A stretch of DNA of 61,444 nucleotides, counting the filler, from Choristocarpus tenellus KU-1152 (Eukaryota > Protista > Phaeophyceae): assembly GCA_964200185.2 (NCBI GenBank). It is 11 parts of 11 records of this genome, joined end to end, with 100 filler letters (N's around TTAATTAATTAA, not from the genome) between each part and the next. Parts side by side here need not be neighbours in the genome. Positions count along the whole stretch, not along the records: positions 11,522 to 15,038 come from CAXNAD020019499.1; positions 15,139 to 17,712 come from CAXNAD020026638.1; positions 17,813 to 34,926 come from CAXNAD020000723.1; 8 more parts are not named here. One strand, 5' to 3'. The notes beneath the pieces were generated by a model. The model worked only from the letters and a program-made list of their open reading frames with translations. It made no database searches and was not told the DNA's origin. A program made the translations under genes and the position numbers. Shown here piece by piece: positions 11,422-26,159 of this stretch (position 1 is its first letter; every line of letters begins with the position of its first letter).

Positions 11422-14400
11422 NNNNNNNNNNNNNNNNNNNNNNNNNNNNNNNNNNNNNNNNNNNNTTAATTAATTAANNNNNNNNNNNNNNNNNNNNNNN
11501 NNNNNNNNNNNNNNNNNNNNNGGGGGGGGAAGAGATACCAGTAAATAGGTCATGGTGGGGGGGGGAGGGCGATTTATCCTTTTTTTATATTTGAAGAAGG
11601 CAGTGCATAGGTCTATTCCGTAGTTTCAATTCATTGTTTTGGCTGTATCTCCATATAATAAAATAATTTCTTCTTTGTGTGGGGAGGGTTTTTGATGTTG
11701 ATCGTGGTAAATTTTGTTAATTTTTAGGCTATTGATAGGTGTGCATATGGTGCATGTATTTCAGCTCCGTTGGGGAGTTATTTGATTGCACCTTGTTCAA
11801 TTTTTTTCAACAGTTTATATTTGTGAAATTTAGAAATTTGCAATGTTCATGAGATTTTGGAAAAAGGTAAGAGGTGATTATCATATACTCCCTCTATTTT
11901 CTGTTACAATAATCTCAGCAACGTGTGGTCGTTATCTCTACCCCACTCTAACAGCTCCTCCTCTTGAAGCCTGATGTTTTCCTGTTTCGACTCAAATCAA
12001 GAAGTTCATTTGAAGTATATATATTTGTGTGTTTATGTTATATGCTACATTCTGAGAACATAATTCCAGTCCCAGAAGAGCTAACTTTACTATGTTATAA
12101 GGGTGGGCTCTCATTTTTTTAATATTTTAAAGAACAGTGTTGTTGCTTCTTGAGTGCCAAATTGTGGTGGTGTGACTTGACCTGAAGCGTTGGTATCTTT
12201 TGTGATTTACCCCATGGTGTTCAAATCCCTTACTTGAATCAATAGTATGAGTCTATGATGTCACTATGCTTTCTGTTTCTACTATTATCACCCACCAAAC
12301 TCCATAAGAAAAATTAGGAATAGTATAATAGTTTGAAAAAGTGGTAAGTCTTGAAATTACTTTTGAAAAAGTTGGTTTCAAAAACTATCGAAAAGGGTGT
12401 TTTAGAAGAGTTTTGAAATGCAGTCACGCTCACTCGATAACTGTTACATAGATCGAAATTTATTTGATTCCTAATATTTCCCGGAAATAAAATATGTTTT
12501 GTCTTTCTACTTGACATGTTTGGTCTGGCATGGTGTACACCTTTTCACTGTTTTGAATCAAGATCAAGATAAAAGTGCTAGTGAGGAAGATCCCTGCTAT
12601 CTCGGTCACTGTGTAGACCTGTGTGTTCCTTTATCTCGATGATAGTCATGTGGATCAACGGGTTTTTTGCATTCACCATCATTTGAATGCATCCTGTTTT
12701 GAAGGGCGCCAAATAGCAAGAGAGCTATAGTTGCTGCGTAAGTTTGATCCTTGTTCGCTGCTGGAGGCGAACTTCTCTCCTGGGAAGAAGTTTAATGATT
12801 TTTTTCCCCAGGGCCTCACAACAACACTGCACATGCTTTAAACATCTTGGACAAGATGGACTTGGTGGGGGATTGGTGGTGCATGTAGTTTTCGAGGGCT
12901 GTTGCGACTTGTTTACTTTCTTTGGGCTTACTTCATGGTAACACTTTTTTGGTGCCTGGGAGTCCTTATAGCCTGCTCAGTTTGTTTTTCTGTAGGTTCA
13001 CGACTTCTGACCCGAGCAAACCTCTGCCTGTCCTGAATGGATAGGTTACAGTGACTATTGATCCTTCCCTTGCGAGGAGGTTTCGAGCAATGACTTGATG
13101 AAGATGAGCCCTTGCTATATATTTTTTGTAATACCTGACCTTTGGCGGCACAGTAGAAGGCTGTAGGTGGTGAACATAACATGAAACGTTCAAGAGTCAC
13201 AACAAGCAGAATTCCCAAGCTTCTGTCTCCCATGAGGGAGGTGTAAAGTGCGTGCTTGTTGTGTGTGACATGTTGGCCTTTCAAAGTGGTTCTTTCCGAG
13301 CGGAAGTTAGTATTGAATGTAGCACTATTATCATCACTAACATTTTTGCATGGAATCCCAGGCTGGCCCTACCTACTACGGTCTCGAGGCAGGATACTGC
13401 TTTACCTGTAGTAAAGTTTCCCGGTTCTCTTCCAATGAGTTGGGATCATCCAGGTCGCTGCTTTTTAAGGTTTGATGTTTCTCTAATACAAGTTGGAAGT
13501 ATGAAGTGATGCTGGCGAATTGCAGTTATCCTCCCTATCATTATTTGATGTCAAGTGGTGTAAGGAGTGAATGACTCTGTTCTGGTGTGCTGTGGAGGGT
13601 AATAGTACTCCAGACTACTAGACTCAGTCATGTTTCTTGAAGTGGGTCAGAGCAATTCTGCGTGACATAGTGCTTGTTCTAGGGTTCCATAAGCTTAAGG
13701 TTGAGCAGGTCCATATCTACTTCAACAAAAGATATCAAGTGCAGCCAAGTTGATCCAGTCCCCCTGATGTGATATCAATAATTTACACAACCTTGGTAGT
13801 GATATTTTATCTTCCCCCCTGATGGGTGATTGTTGTGTTGAAGTACCCCTCTTTACTATCATGTGCCGGATTGTGATTTCTTCTCCATCCTCCACTTCCC
13901 CTCATCATGTAGGTCTGTGATGGAGGCTCTGTCTCTGTCTGCTTGTCCCATGGAACTGGGGATGGACTGCAGGAATGCCAGGGACAGTCTTCACAAGAAG
14001 CGTAAGGTAGTTAGGGACTGTATCTTCTCTCGCACAAAGCGCCTTGCTGAGAGACAAGGAGAGTTAAGGAGTTCAAGGATCTTGACCCTTTGATGCACCA
14101 GATCATGATAAATAGTGTACCTAGTTGGTGCTCCTTGGTTTTGGGTTGGTATGGTCAGGAGCTGGAGGGAGTTCTTTGTGTGATAATTAGGCCCCCTGTT
14201 GCTACTGTTGTACCTGGCCCAATTGTAAGGAGGTGTGAGCAGTCAGATTATTGTGTAATTTGTAACCTGGTGAGCCACAGTGCTGAAGTGGGCTCTTATT
14301 TTGAGGCTGGAGAGGACCAGGAGTGGAGCTGTTCAAGAGTAGACTAGGGGTTGTACTTTGTCATCCTGTTGTGTGTGTATGGGGGTTGCAGATATTGGCC

Positions 14401-15138
14401 ATGAACAGGTTGACGGATGGATACTGCTTTTTGTATGATATCATTTGAGTGTAGTTTTGATTGCATCCTTGCTTGGCTTGGACAAGTCTATATATTTTTT
14501 GATTACCTATTTGATTGCAGGTTCAGTTTTATGATCCGTAAGTATAGTGAGCACAGGATAGTTGGATAGCTTCGGGTGTTACATAATTTTGGAAAAGAAT
14601 GGTGTTTCTTTTTGTAGGTCTCTAGATGTATGTAGGTCAATCCGTTCTCTGTCTTGAGCTAGACCCTACTATTGAGAGGGAGCATTTGGAGGTAATGCAT
14701 GTGAAGGTGACTCTGTATTAACTGAACGGACTGTAACAGAGAAATGCCATGGTGCATACGAATGTTAATTTATTATTTGTCATCGTGATACTCACCTTTT
14801 GAAGCGCGATGCTTGTTATAGTTGACTACTTTCACGCTTGTCCAACGCTAGAAGTGGATGGGACTGAAAATGGTGTGGAAAAAGTGCTGATTTTTTTTTT
14901 TTTGTAAATGTTGCGGCACTTTTTAAGGGCCCCTTTTTGAATGGGATATATTTTTTTCAAAATTATTTCGGTGCTTGTGGAGGGCACTGAAACGATTTGG
15001 AAGCGACCTCGACCAAGCCAATCGTATAAGGACAGACGNNNNNNNNNNNNNNNNNNNNNNNNNNNNNNNNNNNNNNNNNNNNTTAATTAATTAANNNNNN
15101 NNNNNNNNNNNNNNNNNNNNNNNNNNNNNNNNNNNNNN

Positions 15139-15168
15139 CCCCCCCCCCCCCCCCAGATACTTTGACCC
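15139..15168 (+). mobile_element. MITE family B terminus
   Basis: polyC-AGATACTTTGACCC. Confidence 0.8.
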
Positions 15169-15377
15169 CACCAAATTCCATGCTGTACGTTTTCATGAGC
15201 AGTCGAGTTGTTCCACTAATGAAAGCACTTGTTGCAGAACCTTCCTAGAGCATAGCACCCAACCCATGTCAACCATGGATCAATGACACAGTACTCTTCC
15301 AAAATCTCAGTATCTTGCAATAATGCTCTCTAACGCAAGCGTACACACATGATGTACTGGTCTAGCAGCCTTTCATT

Positions 15378-17440
15378 TCAACCACAACTGTGTGTCAAGC
15401 TTCCACTGTCACAGGGATATAGAATGGGCGGAAGGCATGTACCTCTAATGTCGTTCCAGGTGGCTGATTGTCGGCCTTCACTCAAAACCTTCGTCTGTAG
15501 TCCTAGACCCAGAGCAAAGAAGAGGCAGGTCCACAGCAGCCACAGCGCTACCAGCACCAAGGTGGCGTGAAGACCGCCGCGTTCATCCCTGAAAAGATCA
15601 AAAAGCATCATAAACTGAAAAAAAAAAAAGACTAAAGAAGGGGGAACAAACACACTACAGTCACAGCTCTTCCTCTCCAGAGCAAGGAAAATCCCATCAA
15701 ATCAACACTGAACAGTCTTTCTTGATTGCAAAAAAAAATAAAACAAAGAACCATTCGAATACCCGGCAAAGACTCCAAATGAGAACTAGGTTACACAGAG
15801 AGCAAAAAGAAATATGTAAAAGGACACTTGAGCATTTTCTAGTACGAAAGACCTACGCATGGTGACTCATCAACACAGAAGTTAAAAAAACAACAACAGG
15901 AAAATAGAAGTGCCTCCCAGGTCCTGCACATTTCGCAGTATGGGTGTACACCGATAGTCTGAGCATAGGCCAAGATATATATATATATATATATATATAA
16001 CATCTCTGACTCTGGACTCAGACTCCAACCCAGCACTATCATGAGTAAAGACCTGAACTGGCTCCTTTTTGACAGGTTCTAATCAAGACGTTCTGGTAAA
16101 ATTACACAGACTCAAAATCACTTGTTCATGTTTCAGAATGCTTTCTAACCTAGTTCGTACCAAATACTTCATAGGAGATGAGTGCTGTACCACACGAAGT
16201 ACGAACTCACCCGGGTTGAGAGTCTCTAAACACAACACTATCGGCACACCCATCTCTAACATCACAACATCCATAAGTAAGCAAACAGCTAGCAGCATCT
16301 GTTACAGGGCAAAGGCCAAAGTCAACAGAGGGATATACTCCAGAGCATTAAACAAGCCTGATACCGCAATACAAAAAAAGGTGCACCTAACAATTTCCCA
16401 AAGTTCACCTCCCCACCCTAACCCCCCTTGCTATCTCCACCTGTACTCACCTACACTCTTGGTCCACTCCTGACAACTTCCACACAGCAGAAGGAACAAT
16501 CCCAACCCCACCCCCTTCCCCTCCTCCAACATCCCCAACATCTATAGACCCTGGAACAACAGGAGCCCTTACGGTAGTGTCAACACTGTTGCTCTCAGGA
16601 GTATTGTAAAGAGCAGCAGAATCACCTCCGTCAGGACCCAATACATAACTGAAAAGCATGGACATGGCATTGGACACAGAGGTGACAACAGACGAGCCTA
16701 TCACAGACGAGGACAAGGGGGCTCTTGATGCACAGTGGGGGGCGAGAGCATCCTTGAGAGCCCCAACAATGATCGGACTTGGGACATCTCCCAGGGCATG
16801 CAAACCCACAGCGTTGATCGCGAGGGCCAATGACTGGCTACGTGGTGCCACGGCGAGCATTACAATCAAGTTTGTGTGAGGGGTGGAAGCAAACAGCAGC
16901 GATATCCCTAGAAACAGGAGTATCACAAAGGGCATCAGGGTTGACCTCGTACAAGCAGCAACAAGCAGGCCTGGGGGGGGCAGCGGAGAAATGATGTAGC
17001 AAAACAGACAATGGACAACAAAGATTGCCAAAGGAGGGGAGGACTGAGATGCTAGGGGGAGGGAGGGGGGGGGGGGAAGTGAGTGAGTGCTATCACAGCA
17101 GTGGAAGAGATGTGAACTGTCCAGGTCTGAAATAAGGCATTTGAGGCACTCTGCATCCAAGCTCAAGGCATTGATATATTTAAAAGCACAACAATGGTAA
17201 GAGAAAAGAGTTGACCCAGAAATACCTCATTAAGCAACAAGCACACTGCTATGGCAAACACACACCGAGGCCTGCAACCGCATGGATCAACTCAAATGCC
17301 CTTGGTAAATCATCACCTCACACCACAGCTTCCACTACCTCACAACACACTCACAGGTGGCGCCACAGAGCAAACCAACTGCCTGGGAAAGTACCACTCT
17401 TAGCTTGGACCCATTCGAGAGTCGACCCTCTTCATCCGAC
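15378..17440 (-). CDS. MFS transporter, spinster-like, 3' exons (17440-17355, 16970-16451, 15588 to 15378 or an earlier donor)
   Basis: Motif NLIVMLAVAPRSQSLALAINAVGLHALGDVPSPIIVGALKD is typical of spinster-family MFS; phases match (T|GC, AG|G); last TM HATLVLVALWLLWTCLFF. Confidence 0.85.
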
Positions 17441-17690
17441 CTGAAAATGATTTTAAAAGAAGAAGAAGAATGGATTAAAAGATCAAAACCAATAAAGAAA
17501 TAATAAATAAAAACTGTTGGGCGGACTCGTGTGTTCTGATAGGCAAGAGGCAGGAACAGAGGAAGGAACAAATATATATATATATATATATATCTGTCCA
17601 TTGCTATCAAGACAAGATAATACATAGTACATGTTGAAACATCAAGGGTTGTGTTAAAACAACACACACAGACAGAGAGAGAGAGAGAGA

Positions 17691-17712
17691 GAGCCAAAGT
17701 ATCTGGGGGGGG
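17691..17712. mobile_element. MITE family B terminus
   Basis: GAGCCAAAGTATCT-polyG at contig end. Confidence 0.8.
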
Positions 17713-20700
17713 NNNNNNNNNNNNNNNNNNNNNNNNNNNNNNNNNNNNNNNNNNNNTTAATTAATTAANNNNNNNNNNNNNNNNNNNNNNNNNNNNNNNN
17801 NNNNNNNNNNNNGAGGGAAACACGGATCTGAGGGATACCTCCGGTGGCGGATCTCAGGTTGAGTGGGTCTTTCCAGTTATTTTCTTCAGTTTTTCCCCTT
17901 GATCGACTTTGACGTACACCTATACTACCACATCTTTGGTAGAGAGTCTTGTAAGAATCACCATGGATTCTTTGCCTCTATGTACAAGGCCCTCTTGAGT
18001 GGCGATGACCTCTTTGAGACCCTCTTGATGAGTTTTTATTTTCTTTGAGGTCACACCATGAGTGTTTCTCGTTGGTTGGGTTGTGTTATGAACTAGTTCA
18101 GAGTCGACCATCAGACTTGAGCTCGATCCATTATATTCCCTTTCTATTTGGGTTCGTCCACGGGAAATAAATGTGTTCGTGCAGTTACGTGCACTGCCTT
18201 GAACTTGCCTTGACCATCCATCTCGGCTCATCTTTATCTCTTCTTCACCTTGATCCTGTTCCAGTAAGTGTTAACCTCACCACTGTCCCATCAGCACGAC
18301 TTGGTGGCTGTCGTCGCCACCCACTTTCAGAGAACGAGTTGTTATGTTGCAATATGTGTGTCAAATATCCAAATGTATCGCTTTTTCCTGGTTAGATGTA
18401 GAAGAATGTAGTATAGTAGTATAACTTTGATGTACGTACGTAAAACTTTCTTAGTAGTTGAAGTACTATCATTGGTCAATTAGGAGACCACATAACTACT
18501 TGGGTACGAACAGAACCATCCATCTAACACAACAAGGTGTATAAACATTTAAATGCTTCAAAAGCCTTGAGCATCCTGCACATACCCGACAGTTGCTCCC
18601 CTCTCCCACTTTACACACTTCTATGCTATCAATAATTTGATTCGTTTTGCCTAAGATTGACTGTGTACAGTATACAATCAAAAGGGGGATTTTCAAAGCC
18701 CTGTGATTTTATTGTAGGCTGCATCCTTGACACGAGAAGATAAGGAGGAAGAAAGGCACTATCAAACTGCGCATCCAGCACTATCAATACATTACAACAT
18801 CGTACAATCTGGAAAACAATCATGTGGCATAGACGGAAGTTCAACGGTGGGCTAATGACAACAGCATCGAGCCAAAGGAAACATCACCTTAATAAGATTC
18901 TCAGGAAGCCGAGCAAAATGTGCAGCTAGTACATTTCTACAAAGGGTATCAAGAAGAATCTTACTCTCCCTGCGCAGGAGGGTGTAGCCTCAGCAACCTC
19001 AATACGTTCCAACCAACAGTAAATTATACTTAATGTTACTCTATCCAAGTCGAGTACCATTGTAGATCTCCATGACAGCAGCACCCTTTCCTTATCTTCA
19101 TAGGAACATCAGCAAAACAAGCATCACCAGAGTCCCACCTACACATTACCAGTATGTGCAAATTATTGTGTGTAAAACATACATGACTCATTCCGTACTA
19201 TCAGTGGAACATAGTAAGGGTGTGTACCTCCCTATTTATGTTCCAAGAGGACAATCCAGATTCGACTGAGTCATTCCCTTGTTGTGACCATAGTGTAAAA
19301 GTTCGATAATGAATGCTTTTAGTGTGATCCATACTTCTCATTGAACCTAGAAAAACTATCTACTACAACAATAATGAAATATTAAGTTGTGATCAGTTCA
19401 GTGCAGATTCAGACTCTAGTACTACAGAATTCACATGTTCTGGTGAACGTGGGTGTCAAGTACAATAAAAATGCCATAAATCGCACAATACTGTATGTAG
19501 GGATTGTGTCATGAGAAATGTTCAACCTTTATGACTTGGGTGACGTGTCAGGCCATGAGTGGGGTTGTTTTGGGAAATGCTATAGGCATCACAGTTTCCT
19601 GGGTAAGGATATACTGTAGTAATACTACATTTTCATGCATGGATACAATATAGTAGGTGGAAACAAAAGGATCCATTCTTAGGTGTTAGGCGGTGAAGTG
19701 AAGCTGCACACAGCCACTGCGATATCTTAAAATAGATATTGGGTGAAGATTATCTACAACTGTACATTCCTCTTGTGTTGCACCAGAGATGAACTTGACA
19801 CACTGAATAGTATGCGAATTACTATTAGTGATCATCTTAGTCGTTCTTATGAACATTGGTGGTTATGGACAACCAGTTCTGTGACTCTCTCTCGCTACTA
19901 GAAAAAATCCCCAACTTAGTGATCGGAAATTGCGAAAATTGAATTGGGTGCACCGAGATAGCTTTTCCGAATTGGTTCTTACATCAATGACATGTTGTGC
20001 GACTTGCATACCTGGTGAATATGCAAGTTAGCCTGTGAAGAATTATGGTAAGTTGCTGTCTTACTGGTGTTGTAGCTTAGGCAACTGTTCATGTTCTTCG
20101 AGCAATGATCATAGTACGACACACACCAGCATGCTCCTTGGTGTGAGAACGACTGTGGGGTCTCCCAGAGGAGTAGCTTGTGGACCGACCATGGATATTT
20201 AAAGTTGCTGTTATAAATGTAAAAACTCAAATGTGTGGCGATAATGTTGGTGTACAAATTGCAGTCTTCGGTTACTTCCCCGATTTTTACCTTTATATAT
20301 TTTATGCAACATAATGGAGCTCTTTGAAGTGTGCTTGAGTATTTCCTGGCATGAAATTATAGCAAATCTCAAAAGCATGATTGAATACAAGCATGATTGA
20401 ATACAAGCAATTGTCTTTTTTTTTATTACACCTGACGGAATTGAGGTCTGACTTCAATTAGAAGGTAAGGAGAGATCGAGGGATCCTGCTTTGCGCAGAG
20501 GGTTTGTTGATAATACTAATACCATTTGTGTTAACCATGTTTACACATACAGAGAGTGAAACACAGAAAGCACCAGGAGACAAGGCACCTCAATCCTGAT
20601 TCCTTCCAAACGACACAATAAACTCATTCCAATCTAACTTGCCTTGCCCTTTCCCGTATCTACTATCATCCAAACAAGAATAATGTACCCTACGATGTAG

Positions 20701-20950
20701 AATTATATACATATCAAGGATGCATGTTCCACTCACATAAACCGGTCCAACAATCGATATTTTCTCAAATTCAGAATACTTTACATGCACACGTATAGCT
20801 ATGTCAATCCCTAACCCTAACGCTAACAAATGAACCTCGGTCCAACCATTCAACTTTGTACCATGCCCCGCCTTGCTTTGACCATCCAGTCTGTTTGGGG
20901 GTTGGATGTAACAACTCTTTGATGAGTAGAAGGGCAGGGCAAGCTGTTTT

Positions 20951-21087
20951 TCATCGAAGGCTCGCCAAATTCAATTCTGCTTCTTTCTCATGAAGAAGCG
21001 TGCGGGCTTGCTCCTCACTCAATCCTTGGAGTTTGTAAGCTCTTGCGTATGCCTGCATGGCTGCAAACTTGAGAGTTCTGTTGCACC
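20951..21087 (-). CDS. Possible terminal exon of an unknown gene
   Basis: CAG acceptor, then an open protein-like frame CNRTLKFAAMQAYARAYKLQGLSEEQARTLLHEKEAELNLASLR*; no homology recognised. Confidence 0.3.
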
Positions 21088-21329
21088 CTGCCAGCATAAT
21101 GAAAGGAAATGGGTAGAGAAGAGTCCTCCACAGTTTCAACACCCCAAGTTACATTGGATAAATCCCAGACAGAGATCATGGTGTGTTGAACAGAGCTGAA
21201 GGGAAGTTTGACACTAACATTTCCTGCTCTGGTAAGGGCCCTGCATTCAGATAGCATAGGTAAATTTCATTGTGCATATGGGATGGCTACAGTGTGGTCA
21301 GGTATTTGAGAGCTGGGTAAAGATATTAT

Positions 21330-22880
21330 TATCAGACGGTTGAGTTGTCACCAGGAAATAAGGTGTATGCCTAGTTACCATGAGAGGGACAAATATCCCA
21401 ATGTGTCATCTAGAGGTCTCCACCATTGAGGAAGAATTGGTACAACAGCACGCATGACGCTGAAGGTGTGACGCAATTCAAGCGGGTACCCACCCACTTG
21501 CTGGATATCTACCAGAACACCCCCAGTACTGACAAAATATCAACTAACCTGCAGTTGCTTCAACATTGATTGCTATGGGTTTTCTTCTGAGGTTGTTCAT
21601 CATCGTCAAGGAGATCCACACCATGCGGTGTGTATCATGGCTTGCACGGATGATGCACACCCCGGAAGATGGGTCGACAGATCGAACTTCGTTGGAGGTT
21701 GCGAAGAGAATTGTACGAGCAAACGATCAAAGAATGTGTGAACTCCGTGGGTGATCTGGTTTGTTGTGGAAGATAGTGCTCGAGAGATAGACTCAAACGG
21801 TATCATTTGCAGGACAGTGTTGAAATCAATTTGTAGCAATGAGATCTCACGCGCATACACAGGATTGGTATGGAAGCCATGGAAATTGGTTTTGAAAACA
21901 ACGACCATAAAAAAACCCTTCATATTTGCAGTCAACGACAAAGTTACCCTGTCGTTATCCACCTTGAAGCATGGGGTATGCACTGCCTATGCCGAAGTTC
22001 CCGAAGTTTATTAAAATAGACTCCTGTATTGCGATGGGGGGGGTAGGGGGTGAGAAACTTCGGGCTAAGACCATGACCACATCCACTTTGAAAAAACATT
22101 TAGTGCAGTGGTACAGGGCCATTGAATTGTGGGAGGTTATTACTTGCATTTAAGCATGAACGAGGTCTCTTTTCCCTCCTAGACCTGCATGAATAGAGCT
22201 CATGGTGCTTCCAAAGCAGAGGCTGTCGTCCCACTCAATTAATGACCTATTATCAACGAGACAAGCGTCGTACCGACCTTTAGTTCTCCTAGTACATCTC
22301 GTTCGCTGAGTTTTGCTGTGTCTTCCAAGCTTCCCGAAATTCTTGCCACGAGGAATCGGTGCTTGTTCCTCATGGCGCCAACAACACCCACCAACGTAAC
22401 AACGCCCCAAACTTTGTATCATCCCTATCCCTTTTGCATACCTTGCTGCAATAGATGGGTGGACGGATGGACTTGTTTTGAACTAACATTTCACATTTTG
22501 AAATAAGAGATTTTAGGATTGGACGATCAATGACCTTACCAAACACCAATTTCAAGTCTGCCGCGTCCTTTCAAACTATTTCGAGAAAAAGAAGTAGGTG
22601 GCCAAGGTGTTACAACGATAGGAGTGAGTGTACACCATTAAGCATGCACGCGTCTTCTTGGCGAGGAGCAGCATGGATTGCTCGAAAACAATTTTTTACT
22701 CCATTTGTTGGGGAACGAATCTATGCAACTCGAAAATTTACTAGTAGGTGGGTTATGAATACTCTTCGGAAGTGTTACGAACTGATATGTTCAAGTTCAC
22801 CTTTCTCCTGGATGTAGAGAATTCGCGCAATACTTTCAAATATGTCCTCCGTCCTCCAATTGATGCCTCACACCTTCCTG
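21330..22880 (-). mobile_element. Highly degraded Ty1/copia internal region (integrase, RT, possibly RNase H)
   Basis: Eroded motifs in copia order: FVPQQ (integrase PQQNG), PIPRGKN...GRYDACLV (RYKARLV), FKVDVVMVL (qmDVktAFL). Confidence 0.55.
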
Positions 22881-22899
22881 GTCCTGCTGTCTGAGGCAA

Positions 22900-25560
22900 T
22901 GGTATCAGGACAACAGGTAGCACTTACTACACCCGATACTTGAGATGGGACTTCAACCGTGCAGCAGAATTGTGCACTGTCTTGGGTCTTTCTGCTCTTT
23001 TATTCACTCTTCGTAGTGAAACCCCAGCAGCTTTAGAGGTTAGCAGCACACCGTCTATCAAAAAGCTCCCAGTGACGGAGAGGGAGGCTCCGATGCCGAA
23101 TGAGGGCTTCGAGTTGGCTTTACCCGATGGCGAGATCGCCATCTCTCTCAACATCCCTGGATTGCAGGTGAGAATCTCTTCTGGCGATATTGATGCCGAG
23201 TCCAATTCAGCTGACTGAAAGCTTGCAACACACCCTCCGAGATCTTCAACTCGGATAATGACCTTGCTAATCCCCCACTTGGTCCGTCCTACGGTGTTCA
23301 GGTGCTGGAGAGGGAGCTAAGACCAGATGGTCGGAGCTGGAGGGTGCTGGCCGTTGACCGCAAGGAAAAGTTGGTCGTGTCAATCATCATGGTCAGTGGG
23401 CGTCCCTAACCTTCAATGATCTCTACGTCTAACCCTTGTTGATACTTGCTCCCTTCTCCTCCACCTCCACAAAGGCTGCCTAAAATAAGGAGACCGAAAT
23501 GACATGGGATTAATTACCCCCCTTGCAGGAGGAGAGATCAGTAGGTGAAAAGGCTGGGAATGGGGGGGCGGTTCCACAGACGTCTATGGAGAGACTGAAA
23601 GCCTATGAGTTTAGACTAGAAAACTCTGTTCAGTGTGGTGGGCGGCTGTTCTGTCCCCTGGTGGGTGGTCACATGCTGGAGTATGTAGTAGAGGCGGAGC
23701 ACGACGGCATTTCAGCACGAGATACAGGAAGATGGGCCAAGGGTGCAGAGGACTCTAGTGCAGGTGTGGGGATGAAGAGCATTTGTGTGGCAATGACAAG
23801 ATGAATAGCATCTTGTCTATCATTTTAGGTTTGCTGAAGTGTGAGGTGTATTGTCTTTGAATATTATTTTGTTGAGAGGAAGAAGGTGTCGCTCTTCAGA
23901 ATGTCATGGCTTGTGTCTTTGTGTGTGTGTGTGTGAAATAAAACAGGCGTGTGAACTTCAAAGGGTTGAAACTATGTTAGACATATTCCATGAATCAAAC
24001 AAACACCAGTGGGATATATAGAGAGATACCCCTTTTCTGAGGCAATGCGCCCTTGCCGGGAGCTGGCTCTACCAACTGTCCTTATGAAGTTTTTTTTCTG
24101 CATAGTCTAAAGAAAGTGGATTGTGCTTGCCCCTAACATACACGTTGGAATGGCTGTTAATCTATTTCCTTCCATTACTCATTCATTTGAGGAACTCCCT
24201 AGGTGGGGGGAAGTTTTGTCTTTTCCATTTTTAAGAACAAGATTGGAAACGAGTTCCCCCTCTAAATGCAGTTCCATTTCAATCTTTTTTGTGTCACCTA
24301 CAACTTGAACCTTGTACCTGACTCCAAGAGTCAATTCCACCTGGGACCTATTATGGAGTTCCCTCCAAAGACCTACCCTCACGGGAGGACAAACCGCCAT
24401 CTCTGCAAGGGCAGGGTGCCGAAGACTCCAAGCATGCCTGCCAATCCAAATCAAAACCCCTCTCCACTGGCACTGATGCTGGTGCCTGTAACCGGGATGG
24501 AACACGGAGCAGTTTGAAGGCTAGAATTGTGGAAAAGAGTGGGGCGAAAGAGAGCAAGATGGAGGTGATTACTGCTGGTGAGAGGAGGGAAGAAAATAAT
24601 ACTTGTGGATTGAGGAACTGTTCCAAGAATGTGCGGCTGTTTCTGGATGTGGGCAACGTGGCGATTGACCTTCATCTTCACATGAGCAGATGGAGTGGGA
24701 GTCCCAAGGATGATAAAGTCCTACAGGAGGTCCTCAATAAACTAGAGGTGAAAATTTCCAGGCAGTAGACTGGAGGTCAAGAAATGGAGTGTTGATGGGA
24801 CCAACTAGTCTTTGGGCAGGGAGTTGACAGTGGTCAGTTGGAAGGTTGGTGCTTTGAGGTGTGGCTTGTGTGGAATGACTTCATCTACACTGCCCATGAT
24901 GTAGTGAGTCATGGCGATGGAAGGGGACCCAAATTCAAATCTGATTTCAGGAGTTGGGTTTTTTTGTGTTCTTCTACTCTTGATTGTGCAGATCACACAG
25001 GCAAGTTCATTGATCCTTTTCGTGAGTCCGTGAGGTAGCTATGAGTTTGCCCAGGTCAGGGTAAGGGTTTCATGGGGATGGGCAACTAGATTGTGAGTTT
25101 GATGCTGACCTATCTGTTGGTAAGAACAGAGCCCACACTGGGTTGAGGGCTGACACATGGCACTTCTTTGAAGTGTGTATGAGGGATAAATGCCCTAATC
25201 TAGCCTTATGCTTAATCTGAGTGGAAAGTTGATCTGTGCGGAAGGCAGGGTTTATTTCTAAACCCGAGCTCAAATAGGGGGTGACTCGCACTCGATGTCT
25301 GTTCCAAGAAATCACCTCCAGAGATCCAAGCTCAGGAATAGAATAATAGTTTAATAAGCTGAGGGAGGGTGAGAAGAAGTGTGTATGATCTGGGCCAGGC
25401 TGTCAATACCAAATGGACCCTTTTTTCTTTTTTTTCCGCCAGAGTGGGCAATCCCCTTTCTGCCGCTCTATCTTTTTATGCTGCTGCAACAGATATACCT
25501 GTAAAAGCCCCTCCAGCATCACAACAAGGAAGTATGTCTAGTGGCAGGAATGGACCATGC
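22900..25560 (-). mobile_element. Degraded DIRS/Ngaro-like retrotransposon RT-RNase H remnant
   Basis: Eroded motifs ARLGHLSL...VSALNPV, LL*DFIILG (YLDDF) and FDLDWQACL (DL.wW..fl); many stops and frameshifts. Confidence 0.4.
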
Positions 25561-26159
25561 AAATAGGAGTTCCTAAAGAAGTTTTTGCCTCCCAGCAGCG
25601 GGACCCTGCCGCTAGTTGGGGGGCCTTATTACATTGCAGTGCTTCCGGCACTTTCCCAACGAGAATGAAGTTCTTATGAATGTTTTTTTCAGAAGTAGGA
25701 GGTTTCTGTTCATAAATTATTTTTTATTTTCAATGTGTTAAGTGTGTGTGTGTTGTGTGTGTGTGTGTTTTTTTTTCTTGTGTATCTGTTTGGGTGGTTT
25801 TGAAGTGTTGCACCTGGCCTGTTGAAGAGACTCAGAGAGTAACCAGGCCCTGTGTGTGTATACTTGGAGTTTGAGGATGCCTTTGTGATACCGTGAGTGT
25901 GTGTCCTTCTACATCAACGCTTCGAATGTCAGGCCCGTTCAACGGAGTTGTGAGAAGGCGTTGCCACGTCGTCTTGGAAGGCGAACATGAGCACACAACG
26001 CAAGATGCGTTGGCGTTGCCTTGCAGTACAAGAGTTTGTTTTCTCAGATTCGATCTTGTTCTGACATTTTGTACTGTGGTGTGATGTGATGACCATGTTG
26101 AACCCAAGGCTCTCTTCCCTCCCCCCCTCCCCCACCCTTCCCACCAACCAACTGTGTAG

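Noticed and set aside
17813-18350. Possible copia protease-region remnant
   Set aside because: Motif resemblance too weak to support
19893-19910. CGCTACTAGAAAA and CACTCAC(G/A)AAAA (31755, 31812) as CACTA termini
   Set aside because: No matching opposite end or 3-bp TSD found
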